A DNA stretch of 64,000 bases from an uncultured Parachlamydiaceae bacterium. GTDB taxonomy: Bacteria; Chlamydiota; Chlamydiia; Chlamydiales; Parachlamydiaceae. The stretch spans positions 224,001 to 288,000 of the forward strand of contig CAVVXH010000011.1 of assembly GCA_963752155.1 (NCBI GenBank). The letters are read 5' to 3'. Shown in pieces: positions 20,660-29,863 of this stretch (its first letter is position 1; each line of letters starts with the position of its first letter). The notes beneath the pieces were generated by a model. The model had not been told where the DNA came from, searched no databases, and saw only the letters and a list, made by a program, of their open reading frames with translations. A program made the position numbers and the translations under genes.

Positions 20660-22528
20660 ATGGATTTATCATCTTCGATAACAAACAATTATCCCCTCTC
20701 TTGGTCAGAAAAACTAACTGGTCTATTTAATCCGTATCATAGTTTAGAGAAGCGCATAAGTGCAATCGGAATTAACAAACTTACGCAGGAAAACATCGCA
20801 GACCTCCAGCAAGTGTTTAAGCTTGCACATCAATGGACATGGCCGGCAGGGAAGATGAGAAAATTAATTTCAACGATTCCTACAGAAGTTATTAAGCAGC
20901 TTGTGGTTGAATTGCTAGAAACCGGTAATGAAAAGGAAATAGCTAAACTTCTTCACACTTACCTTAAATTTCTTTCGAATAATGCCTTACTTGATATTTC
21001 AGAATTATCAACTCCTGAAAAAGCTGCTAGCTGGTTTTTAAGTCGAGGACTCCTAAGAAATTCTGTTTTAAAAAGTGCCATAGAAAAAGAAAGCCGTGTC
21101 ATTCTCCAAGAATTTGCCATTGAATTTAAGTATTTTATTCATCACATCTTGGATATTTTAATTTCACGATTAGGATTATCTGAAATTGGAGCTGATAAAC
21201 ACTCCATGTATGAAAATCGAAGAATGGGTAACTACGCGGACCAGAATAAATTAGATATATATCTGAAGTTACTCGCTATGCCTGCAGCTGTTTTTGGATT
21301 TTTTAGCCTTTACGTCACAACTCCGGCAATTGCTGCAATCTCTACTGTTATAACAATTCTCTCTATGCTTACCTCCTTAGTGGCTTATCAAAGGTACTGG
21401 AAGCCTTGCCCTAAAGAACATACGGGATTGAAAAATGTCACCATAGACATGTTGAATCCAAAAGAGCCTATTTATCCCCGACCAGAGATCTTAAAAGACA
21501 TTCAAAGTGCATTTGCAGAAAAAATGGGAGTGATCCTAGTAGGTGAGCCCGGAGCCGGAAAATCGTCGGTTGCTCGTTATTTCGCACAACAAATGGCCGA
21601 TAAAAAAATTTGCACCTTCATTAAAAATGGTCAAGTCTTTTCATCCTCAGCATCCAAATTTAAATCAAAAGACTATATGAGTCCTACTCTTAACTCTATT
21701 GAAGAGCGGTTTAATAAATACAATGAAGAAGTAGTATTTTTCTTTGATGAATTCCATTCCTTATTTAAGAACGATGGCTTATTAGGGAGTAATTCTGAAG
21801 AAGAAATCAAAATGTTTTGTGAAGAATTCAAATACGTTATAGGGGCAACAACGAGCAAGGAATTTGAAGAACTCATTAAAGATAAAACAGCTATTGTCGA
21901 TCGTAGGTTCAAAATTGTTTATCTTAATCCTTTAGAAGATCATCGAATTAAAATTGTTTTATCACAATATCTTCAAACTCTTCATCCAGAAATCGATCTT
22001 GGAAAAGGCGTGCTTGAACATATCATTTCAAATTCTAAATCATTTAACAAGAACACTTCAAAAATTCATGCTGCTCAGACTTTATTAAACAAAGCTATAA
22101 ATAAAATGAATAATATTGAATTTAAAGATTTGGAATTAAAAATCTTAGGGCTTGAGGAACAATTGAAGAAGACCGAACAAGATTTAATGCATGTGGAAAT
22201 AAGTCAAGTAGAGGAATTGAATGATCATTGGAAAGAGATAAACAAAAATGTTGAGGAATTAAGGACTGAGCTCCGGCAAAAAACAATGAGGATTGAGCGC
22301 ATGAAGAAGATTGAAGCTTATCATCTCAAATTAAAACAACAAAGCTTCAAAATGGCTGATCCAGCAAAGAAATTAATAGCAGGCTCTTCATTGGAAAAAG
22401 AATGGATCACTCTAAATGCACAAATTAAAATGATTGCTGATTTTCTTATCAGGGAAAGAAAAAAACATTCTTTATCGATTGCCTTGGACATTGAATTAAT
22501 CGACAGTATTTCCGGCAATTCCCGCTAA
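20660..22528 (+). CDS. Membrane-anchored protein with a single ClpA/B-like AAA+ domain and coiled coil
   Basis: Hydrophobic hairpin (LLAMPAAVFGFF...ITILSMLTSLVAY); Walker A GEPGAGKS, Walker B FFFDEFH, GATT..EF, DRRF. Confidence 0.75.
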   Translation: MDLSSSITNNYPLSWSEKLTGLFNPYHSLEKRISAIGINKLTQENIADLQQVFKLAHQWTWPAGKMRKLISTIPTEVIKQLVVELLETGNEKEIAKLLHTYLKFLSNNALLDISELSTPEKAASWFLSRGLLRNSVLKSAIEKESRVILQEFAIEFKYFIHHILDILISRLGLSEIGADKHSMYENRRMGNYADQNKLDIYLKLLAMPAAVFGFFSLYVTTPAIAAISTVITILSMLTSLVAYQRYWKPCPKEHTGLKNVTIDMLNPKEPIYPRPEILKDIQSAFAEKMGVILVGEPGAGKSSVARYFAQQMADKKICTFIKNGQVFSSSASKFKSKDYMSPTLNSIEERFNKYNEEVVFFFDEFHSLFKNDGLLGSNSEEEIKMFCEEFKYVIGATTSKEFEELIKDKTAIVDRRFKIVYLNPLEDHRIKIVLSQYLQTLHPEIDLGKGVLEHIISNSKSFNKNTSKIHAAQTLLNKAINKMNNIEFKDLELKILGLEEQLKKTEQDLMHVEISQVEELNDHWKEINKNVEELRTELRQKTMRIERMKKIEAYHLKLKQQSFKMADPAKKLIAGSSLEKEWITLNAQIKMIADFLIRERKKHSLSIALDIELIDSISGNSR

Positions 22529-22674
22529 TTTTCGAGCCTTGTTCACTTCTTCGCTCAATTATTCCTCCTGTGTTCTCTGTGATCTCTGTGGTAGTTTTTT
22601 TTTACCACAGAGATCACAGAGGAGGAATAATTGAGCGAAGAAGTGAACAAGGCTCGAAAATTAGCGGGAATTGC
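22515..22674. repeat. About 160-bp palindrome between convergent genes, family D
   Basis: gcaattcccgctaattttcgagccttgttcacttcttcgctcaattattcctcc...ggaggaataattgagcgaagaagtgaacaaggctcgaaaattagcgggaattgc, with an inner ctctgtgatctctgtggt / accacagagatcacagag stem. Confidence 0.9.
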
Positions 22675-22686
22675 TAAAAATAAATC

Positions 22687-23958
22687 TCAAATATACAACC
22701 TCTCAAGTTGATGCAAAGGTGCTTGAATTGTCTTTCCTGTTGCCATCTCTTTCACGGAAACTTCCCCGGTTCTGAGCTCATCATCGCCTATAACCGCTAC
22801 ATAACGAGCAGAAACTTGATTTGCATAGTTCATGATTTTACCAAGCTTTCGACCAGTGAAATCCATTTCTGCAGAAATTCCTTTTTGACGAAGGCTCTGA
22901 AGAAGCAAAAAGCAAGACTCCCTAGCAGGATCTCCAAGTGGAATTAAGTAAATAAATAATGCCGGTATGGGGGGAAGCTGAACTTGCTGCTTAAGCATTG
23001 TTTGCAAAATACGCTCCATTCCGGTGCCAAATCCAACAGCAGGCAAATCGGGCCCTCCAATTGTTTTAAGCAATCCATCATAGCGTCCTCCCCCTGCAAT
23101 GCTATTTTGAGCACCTAGTTGACCTGCAGTAATCTCAAAAACGGTCCTGTTATAATAATCAAGACCCCGAACAAGCAACGAATTGACTTCAAAAGGGATT
23201 TTCAGGAAGTTTAATAACTTTTTAAGAGTCTCAAAATGCTCCTTGCTGGACTCATTTAGGAAATCAAGTATACAAGGAGCGCCAGCCGTGATAGCCTGAT
23301 CTTGAGGATCTTTAGAATCCAATATACGCAAAGGATTGGTTTCAAAGCGCAATTTGCTATCGTCAGATAGACGATCGAAATGAGATCGCAAGTAGTCTTG
23401 TAAAGATTTTCGAAAAGCCAATCGACATTCTACATCGCCAATCGAATTAATACTCACTTTTAAATCTTTCAACCCTAGACAATTATATAGAGTATACAGC
23501 AAATCAATAAGCTCAGCATCCTGCTCTGCAGAGTCGATTCCGATCACCTCAGCCCCAAACTGATGATGCTGACGATAACGCCCCGCTTGGGCACGTTCGT
23601 ACCGAAACATCGGACAAATATAAAATAACTTATGGATGGGAGCTGTGGTATGCATTTTATTTTCTATAAAGACGCGCATTGCAGGAGCTGTCCCCTCAGG
23701 TCGCAAAGTTAAGGAGCGGCCACCTTTATCGAGAAAAGTGTACATTTCTTTAGATACAATATCTGTGGTTTCACCTACAGCGCGTTGAAACAATTCTGTT
23801 CTTTCAAAAAGCGGAGCACGAATCTCGCGAAAGCCATAGCGTGCGACGATTTCTCGGATGATTGATTCAAGGTAATTCCATAAATAAGAACTGCGCCAAG
23901 GATCTTTTGTATCCACCGGCAAAATATCATAAACTCCTGGGGCTATTGGCACACACAT
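22687..23958 (-). CDS. hisS: Histidine--tRNA ligase
   Basis: KEMYTF, LRPEGTA, FRYERAQAGRYRQHHQFG, LVRGLDYY, GGGRYDGL, GFGTGMER. Confidence 0.97.
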   Translation of the reverse strand: MCVPIAPGVYDILPVDTKDPWRSSYLWNYLESIIREIVARYGFREIRAPLFERTELFQRAVGETTDIVSKEMYTFLDKGGRSLTLRPEGTAPAMRVFIENKMHTTAPIHKLFYICPMFRYERAQAGRYRQHHQFGAEVIGIDSAEQDAELIDLLYTLYNCLGLKDLKVSINSIGDVECRLAFRKSLQDYLRSHFDRLSDDSKLRFETNPLRILDSKDPQDQAITAGAPCILDFLNESSKEHFETLKKLLNFLKIPFEVNSLLVRGLDYYNRTVFEITAGQLGAQNSIAGGGRYDGLLKTIGGPDLPAVGFGTGMERILQTMLKQQVQLPPIPALFIYLIPLGDPARESCFLLLQSLRQKGISAEMDFTGRKLGKIMNYANQVSARYVAVIGDDELRTGEVSVKEMATGKTIQAPLHQLERLYI

Positions 23959-24273
23959 ATCATCCCAACCATTATCGTTTTATTTTGTAAGTCTTTGTAG
24001 AACTCTTCACATGAAACATCTACAGTTCTATAGTTTAACAGCCTCATTCTTTCTCGAAAAGTCAAAAAATAGCCAAACAGGTATTGAAAAGATGCGGCGA
24101 ATTTAGGATATTAAAGTATAGGAAAAATTGAAACACACAAAGAGATCTTACGCAAAGAATCTTCAGTTTTAGTATTCCGTAGAGGTTTGCTAGGCAAAAT
24201 ACAGAAGCCTCTGCCTTTTTCAGATAGATAAAAATGATTTTCATTATGTATGTTTAAGATATAGGGCTAACTT

Positions 24274-24759
24274 ATGACTCAACTTAAACCAGCCAATTCA
24301 CCGGAAACACCCGAAATCATTTTGCAAAATTATCTTTTGCAAAATATCCCTATTTCTGCCGCAATGGGCGTCAAAGTAGATCTAGCATCTACACAGCAAG
24401 TCATCTTAAACGCCCCTCTGGCTAATAATATCAATCACAAAAAAACCGCATTTGGAGGAAGTTTACACGCTGTTGCCACATTGGCATGTTGGAGTTTATT
24501 ACATCTGAATTTGTTAAAATTAAGTGAAGATCATTTTCAAATTGTGATTGCAAGCAGTGAAGTTGCTTACCTAGCTCCAGTCATCTCTGACTTTACAGCA
24601 GATTGTCGTATGGTGGATTTAGAATCATTAGAGTGGAACCGTTTCGTAAAAATGTTTCAAAAAAAAGGAAAAGGACGCATTAAATTAAATGCAATCATTT
24701 TACAAGAAAATCAGCTCTGCGTCGAATATTCAGGTGTGTTTGTTGCACTTATCGAATAA
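24274..24759 (+). CDS. YiiD C-terminal-like hotdog-fold thioesterase
   Basis: IPISAAMGV, APLANNINHKKTAFGGSL...TLACW, YLAPV. Confidence 0.82.
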   Translation: MTQLKPANSPETPEIILQNYLLQNIPISAAMGVKVDLASTQQVILNAPLANNINHKKTAFGGSLHAVATLACWSLLHLNLLKLSEDHFQIVIASSEVAYLAPVISDFTADCRMVDLESLEWNRFVKMFQKKGKGRIKLNAIILQENQLCVEYSGVFVALIE

Positions 24760-24917
24760 CCTTCTTTTCAGCCTCGAAGGCCTTAAATGATAGCTTTGGG
24801 CATTGTCCCAAGCTTATTATTTACCTAAAAAATAACGCAAAATGCATCTGGCATATCATTACGTTTTTTTAATTTAAGTTACTAGGAAAAATTAAACAAA
24901 AGCGAGCTACTAAAGTG

Positions 24918-25679
24918 TCATTCGAGGCTTTTTAGCGGATTATTATGAAGGTCATTCAATAATTTAACAATATCAATCAAAGAACTTGGACCAGAATATC
25001 CTAATGCCATAGAAGTCTGGCGAGTATCGAATCTTAAAGGGAACAACTTATTTTTTGATTTAGTCTGCCACTCATCAATCTCACACAATTTACGAAGGAA
25101 GAAAACTTTCTTAAAAAAAAATAATGTAATCTCTCGCCTGAACTCTGAATCAAAAAAAAGATGAACTTGTCTCTCATGATGATTAATGAAAAATTTTACC
25201 TTACCTTCGTTTCCACATATAATTTTGAGGCCACTTAGCAAGCCTGGACTCTTTTGTTTAGCAACCTCATCACACAAAGGTTTGCGTGTGGTAATAAACT
25301 TGATTAGCGATAATGCTTTAGCTAGCTCCTTATAATTAATTGATTTCGGTGGGAAAGCTTTTATACCAAAATTGCTGATAAATGATCCAAATATTAATTG
25401 AGAATAATCATCGTATATCTTTTTTATTTTTTTATTTAGCAATGAAAAGTCGCAAATTTCTTTATAAGCTTTGTTATAAAGATTAGGTAAGTCGACAGGA
25501 TAATCGGCATAATTGACATAAAAATTTATATCATTCCACACCGATCTAATTAAATAATTGATAATTAATAAATTGCATTCTACAGGCAAACTTATCTCTT
25601 GTTGATCTTTTTTATGGCGGGTTATTTTTTTAACAATTTCCTGCTTTGCTTTATTGAAAAATGAGCCGACAGATTCCAT
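24918..25679 (-). CDS. Hypothetical protein with N-terminal F-box-like motif
   Basis: SLPVECNLLIINYL resembles F-box LPxE...I..YL; remainder unrecognised; AT-rich. Confidence 0.5.
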   Translation of the reverse strand: MESVGSFFNKAKQEIVKKITRHKKDQQEISLPVECNLLIINYLIRSVWNDINFYVNYADYPVDLPNLYNKAYKEICDFSLLNKKIKKIYDDYSQLIFGSFISNFGIKAFPPKSINYKELAKALSLIKFITTRKPLCDEVAKQKSPGLLSGLKIICGNEGKVKFFINHHERQVHLFFDSEFRREITLFFFKKVFFLRKLCEIDEWQTKSKNKLFPLRFDTRQTSMALGYSGPSSLIDIVKLLNDLHNNPLKSLE

Positions 25680-25893
25680 AAAAATTTCCTTTAACTTATA
25701 GATTTATAGGGATAATCGTATCATAACATAGCCAAATTTATATCTCAACCTGTTTTACACATTTTTGTAACATTATTTATTATTTATTTTCAATTTGACA
25801 ATTAAAATAATAATTATTATAATACGAAGAGCTATCCAAAGCATCTCTATAATAAATAGGCGATATATCTTCAACACTTTATTTGGAGGATTT

Positions 25894-26133
25894 ATGAATA
25901 AATATATTAAAATAGCTCTTCTATCCAATCTATTTCTTTTCAACGGATTCATGGCAGCAGATGTCAACCAAGATCGAGCAGAGGCAACCCGAATAGAAAA
26001 TCAACGCTTGGAGCAACAACGTCTGGACAATCAACGTAATGATCAAAAAATCCAGGATCAACAGCAGCAATCACGCCGCTTGGAAGATCGAAGACTCGAT
26101 AATGCACGTTGGGATAGACAACATGGACGATAA
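25894..26133 (+). CDS. Small secreted Gln/Arg/Asp-rich protein
   Basis: GGAGG RBS; signal-like MNKYIKIALLSNLFLFNGFMAA; repeats RIENQR/RLEQQR/RLDNQR/RLEDRR. Confidence 0.65.
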   Translation: MNKYIKIALLSNLFLFNGFMAADVNQDRAEATRIENQRLEQQRLDNQRNDQKIQDQQQQSRRLEDRRLDNARWDRQHGR

Positions 26134-26144
26134 ATAATAAACAA

Positions 26145-26182
26145 AATAGAGAAAGAATAGCCAATCGCTATCCTTCTCTATT
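26145..26182. terminator. Hairpin between convergent genes
   Basis: aatagagaaagaatagc...gctatccttctctatt. Confidence 0.5.
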
Positions 26183-26184
26183 CT

Positions 26185-26232
26185 TCAGACTACATGACCC
26201 CTATGCGTAGGCGGAGGGATCATGTGGTCTGA
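26185..26232. repeat. REP-like palindrome, family A copy 2
   Basis: tcagactacatgacccctatgcgtaggcggagggatcatgtggtctga. Confidence 0.75.
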
Positions 26233-26249
26233 TTCTTGTGAACAGCAGA

Positions 26250-27173
26250 CTAAAAAGTATGGCCTAAATCCACTTGAATCGAACCTGAAGCCCATGAGAT
26301 TTTATCATGGTTATTATCAGAGAAGTATTTCTTATAAACAAGGCTAGCATCTACATACCAATCCTCAGAAAGCACATAATAGGTTCCCAATCGGAATAGA
26401 GGGCCGTAAAATATTTTTGTGCAGCGATAGCCATCAATAAAATCGCTTCCAGTATGGGAATTAGCTATACGACGAGCTCTCCCAAAATGAAATTCAAATG
26501 CTCCGTAAAGGTTCCAACATTCAGGGGAATTGTAATCGAAATCAAAACCTAAATAAGGACCCCACCAGTTCGCACGAAAATCGCTTCTGTTAGAAGAACA
26601 AACGAAACTTTCATCATTAAATCCAGCTTCTTCAAATGCAGTTCTTCCCTTAAGTTTCAATTGTTGATGATTAAGAGAAAATCCTACAACAGGTGAAACT
26701 TTTAATTCACTGCATCCGCACTCGAAAGGATAACCAAAAGCAATATCGAAATCCCAAACATAACTATTCGTTTTCAGATTATTGTGCACAACAGTATCTA
26801 CATAATCGCCATCAATCACAATGCCTGAATGGTGAAATTCGACAACATCAAGACGATCTGCAACTTTGAGCTGATCTCTCACTTGTCCATCTACAACAAA
26901 ACCCCAATCAAACTCCCCACGCACGTAAGCCTCAGAACATCCAAGAGTACTGTTCAATTGTGTTCCTACTGTGACAATCTCGATATTTTTGAAATGTCGA
27001 TTGGATTTTGCACGTGGATTGGCGGAACCTCGTTCTTTGATATTCAGCGTGATGCTGTCCTGACGGTATCCGACACCGGCGTCAATCCTCGTATTGTCGG
27101 CAGACAGAAAAACTGCACTCGACAGTACGGCTGTAGTCGCGATCGCCGTATACTTAAACATTTTTTTATTCAT
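26250..27173 (-). CDS. Cys-rich outer-membrane beta-barrel (MOMP/porin-like)
   Basis: Signal peptide MNKKMFKYTAIATTAVLSSAVFLSA; alternating aromatic beta-strands; GVGYRQD; C-terminal VDLGHTF; several Cys. Confidence 0.7.
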   Translation of the reverse strand: MNKKMFKYTAIATTAVLSSAVFLSADNTRIDAGVGYRQDSITLNIKERGSANPRAKSNRHFKNIEIVTVGTQLNSTLGCSEAYVRGEFDWGFVVDGQVRDQLKVADRLDVVEFHHSGIVIDGDYVDTVVHNNLKTNSYVWDFDIAFGYPFECGCSELKVSPVVGFSLNHQQLKLKGRTAFEEAGFNDESFVCSSNRSDFRANWWGPYLGFDFDYNSPECWNLYGAFEFHFGRARRIANSHTGSDFIDGYRCTKIFYGPLFRLGTYYVLSEDWYVDASLVYKKYFSDNNHDKISWASGSIQVDLGHTF

Positions 27174-27407
27174 AAAACCTCTGTGTTTGATATGCTTCTG
27201 ATAATAAAGTATTAGAAACTGGGAAATTTGACAACAAAATTTCCTCAAAAAATCAAGATAAATTGAAAGCTATTTTCTAAGCAACTGGAAATGAATGACT
27301 AAAGACTATACCAGGCACGGCTATGGTGTAAACCTCAAATTTCTATTGATTTCTCAAAATGGGTCATTTATAAGGGTAGATAAACCAAAGGAAGTTGAGT
27401 TTTTTCT

Positions 27408-28082
27408 ATGAAGAATTTATTTTCCAAAAATTTGCCCTGTCAATTCGATGGGGCTCCGTTTGAAATTAAACATAAGCCCCTAAAGCGCGCTTTCGACATC
27501 ATTTTTAGCTTATTAGTATTCGCATTCTTTTTTCCAATATTTATGGCGATTATCTTAGCTGTAAGACTATCTTCCTCTGGCCCCATAGTTTATTCTCATG
27601 AACGTGTTGGCAGAGGAGGGATTCCATTTTCATGCTATAAATTTCGAACAATGTACTCTGATTCCAAAGAACGTTTAGAGGAGCTCTTAAATAGTTCTCC
27701 GGCGATTCGAAAAGAATGGGAAGAGACGTTTAAGCTCAAAAACGACCCTCGTATTACACCTATAGGTCGTTTTTTGCGTAAGAGCTCTTTGGATGAACTT
27801 CCACAATTCTGGAATGTTTTAAGAGGTGATCTCAGTGTTGTAGGTCCTCGGCCAGTTGTCCTACAAGAGATGCAAAAGCATTTTGGAGAAAAAGCGTCAA
27901 TTATTCTTTCTATCCGTCCAGGCCTCACAGGGATTTGGCAAGTTTCCGGACGCAGCGATACTGCCTATTCACAACGAATACAATTGGATGAAATGTATGT
28001 AGATACTCAATCCCTATTATTGGATCTCAAATTAATCGCTAAAACAATACCTGCAATGCTATCCTCTCGAGGTGCATACTAG
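27408..28082 (+). CDS. Bacterial sugar transferase (priming undecaprenyl-phosphate glycosyl-1-phosphate transferase)
   Basis: KRAFDI, YKFRTM, DPRITPIGRFLRKSSLDELPQFWNVLRGDLSVVGPRP, RPGLTGIWQVSGRS. Confidence 0.93.
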   Translation: MKNLFSKNLPCQFDGAPFEIKHKPLKRAFDIIFSLLVFAFFFPIFMAIILAVRLSSSGPIVYSHERVGRGGIPFSCYKFRTMYSDSKERLEELLNSSPAIRKEWEETFKLKNDPRITPIGRFLRKSSLDELPQFWNVLRGDLSVVGPRPVVLQEMQKHFGEKASIILSIRPGLTGIWQVSGRSDTAYSQRIQLDEMYVDTQSLLLDLKLIAKTIPAMLSSRGAY

Positions 28083-28089
28083 GTGGTTA

Positions 28090-28596
28090 ATGAACTTAAG
28101 ATCTTGTAATATAGCAATATATTTTTGTTTTTCTTTAGCGGCTTTATTGACTGTCCCTATAGTGTGGCCTGCAATTAAGCTCTTTTTTTTTGCCCCGATT
28201 CTCATCATCAGTTATTATCAACTCACCTATATAGGAAGCCTTTGGACTTCCCTATGTTGTGGAATAGCTATTGATTGCCTATCTGCACATCCCTTCTTTG
28301 GACTCAATGCTTTCACGTATACATTGACAACGTTCTTACTTTACCCCCAACGAATTCACTTTTTTGCAGATCGTTCCAGCACATTGCCACTCCTGACTTT
28401 TTTATTCTCTTTCACTGTTACACTCATTTCTATGCTATGGGCTTCCATTTTTGAAAAAAAACAACTCGTTTTTGGAAATTTGCTCTTCACAGATTTTATT
28501 ATCATGCCCTTGTGGGATAGCTTGTATGCCTTAATTTTTTTTGTATGGTTTTCAAGGATAGCAAGTCAGTATAGGAAAGGAAGGCGAGTGTATTAA
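28090..28596 (+). CDS. mreD: Rod shape-determining protein MreD-like membrane protein
   Basis: 5-6 TM segments; G...D.LS...FGLNA.TY pattern. Confidence 0.6.
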   Translation: MNLRSCNIAIYFCFSLAALLTVPIVWPAIKLFFFAPILIISYYQLTYIGSLWTSLCCGIAIDCLSAHPFFGLNAFTYTLTTFLLYPQRIHFFADRSSTLPLLTFLFSFTVTLISMLWASIFEKKQLVFGNLLFTDFIIMPLWDSLYALIFFVWFSRIASQYRKGRRVY

Positions 28597-28623
28597 GGGG
28601 CTGTGCAACTTTGCAAAGCCCCT
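28596..28623. terminator. Hairpin between convergent genes
   Basis: aggggctgtgcaa...ttgcaaagcccct. Confidence 0.55.
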
Positions 28624-28685
28624 AACATAAGGAATATTCATGGACTAAAACGACTAAACCTAGTACATTATGCAAACAGTCTTCT

Positions 28686-29180
28686 CTACTTAGAATTCTC
28701 TCTATCTTTCTCATGCAGCAAAGGAAGCCTACGTTTTCTAATGCAATCTTGAAATTCTTTTATCTTTTGACTCTGAATGTTATCCAGTATCGCTCGAATT
28801 TGCTGGGGATCACGAATACCTGCATCATTAAAGGGGCCTGTAGCTATTTCTGTAATTATTTCTTTGGTCAGTTTAACTACAGCTTTACGTTGTTCAGGGT
28901 CTTTTAACAGGCCTGGAGATATCTTTTCAGCATTTGCTTCAATTTTCGATACGATCTCACTTTCTCTTTGATGCAAGGCATCAATCAAAGCTTGTTGTTT
29001 GTCTTTAGGGACATCAAACTTATTCAATGATGCACGAACATACTTTTCAGGAAAAAATTGTCGTAAAATCTCCATTGAGCATTCATCGTGGGTAGCTTCA
29101 ACGGAAAATATAAAATTTGGTATCGTATTAATGCTCACAATTAACAAAAATAAAGCCTTAAAAATTAAATTCGTTTTCAT
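28686..29180 (-). CDS. Hypothetical exported helical protein
   Basis: N-terminal signal-like segment; GAGGT RBS; 164 aa. Confidence 0.65.
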   Translation of the reverse strand: MKTNLIFKALFLLIVSINTIPNFIFSVEATHDECSMEILRQFFPEKYVRASLNKFDVPKDKQQALIDALHQRESEIVSKIEANAEKISPGLLKDPEQRKAVVKLTKEIITEIATGPFNDAGIRDPQQIRAILDNIQSQKIKEFQDCIRKRRLPLLHEKDRENSK

Positions 29181-29318
29181 CACAACCTCTTTGATATAAA
29201 TATTTTAATGGAGCTCACTATATCCGAAGAATACAACTTTCAAGATTTTTATTGACATCCTTTTTTAACGTAAACTTGTGGAAAAGAGCGATAAGAACAA
29301 TAGAAGAAGACAAGATAG

Positions 29319-29569
29319 AACGATAAAAACGATAAAAACGATAAAAACGATAGGAACGATAGGAACGATAGGAACGATAGGAACGATAGGAACGATAAGA
29401 ACGATAGGAACGATAGGAACGATAAGAACGATAAGAACGATAAGAACGATAAAAACGATAAGAACGATAGGAACGATAGGAACGATAAGAACGATAAGAA
29501 CGATAAGAACGATAAAAACGATAAAAACGATAAGAACGATCGGAACGATAAGAACGATAAACGATAAGA
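29319..29569 (+). repeat. 9-bp tandem array AACGATA(A/G)(A/G), about 28 units (locus 1, left arm)
   Basis: Directly visible; unit variants AACGATAAA, AACGATAAG, AACGATAGG. Confidence 0.97.
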
Positions 29570-29862
29570 ATGATGGAAGAAGACATTCTGAACTGTTGTT
29601 TTGAGGTCATGAAGGAGCTTGGGCAGGATTTCTGGAAAAAATCTACAAAAATGCGCTATTGATTGCGACGGGGCCTAGAGGTCGAAGTGGAACGACCTTT
29701 TGAAATAATGTTTAGAGGCAAAGTAATCGGTCGATATTACGCAGATCTGGTTGCGAAAAACCGTGATTGTGGAATTAAAATATTGCGAAAGTAGGTTCGC
29801 GAACATTATAAAGTTTCTCACTTCAAATCGATTTGTTAGTAAATTTCCGGCATAGGAGAGAG
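29570..29862 (+). pseudogene. Decayed GxxExxY protein (PD-(D/E)XK nuclease fold)
   Basis: Across frames: MMEEDILNCCFEVMKELG / GFLEKIYKNALLIA / RGLEVEVERPFEIMFRGKVIGRYYADLV / KTVIVELKYCES / LLVNFRHRR; GFLEKIY = GxxExxY; several deletions. Confidence 0.85.
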
Positions 29863-29863
29863 T

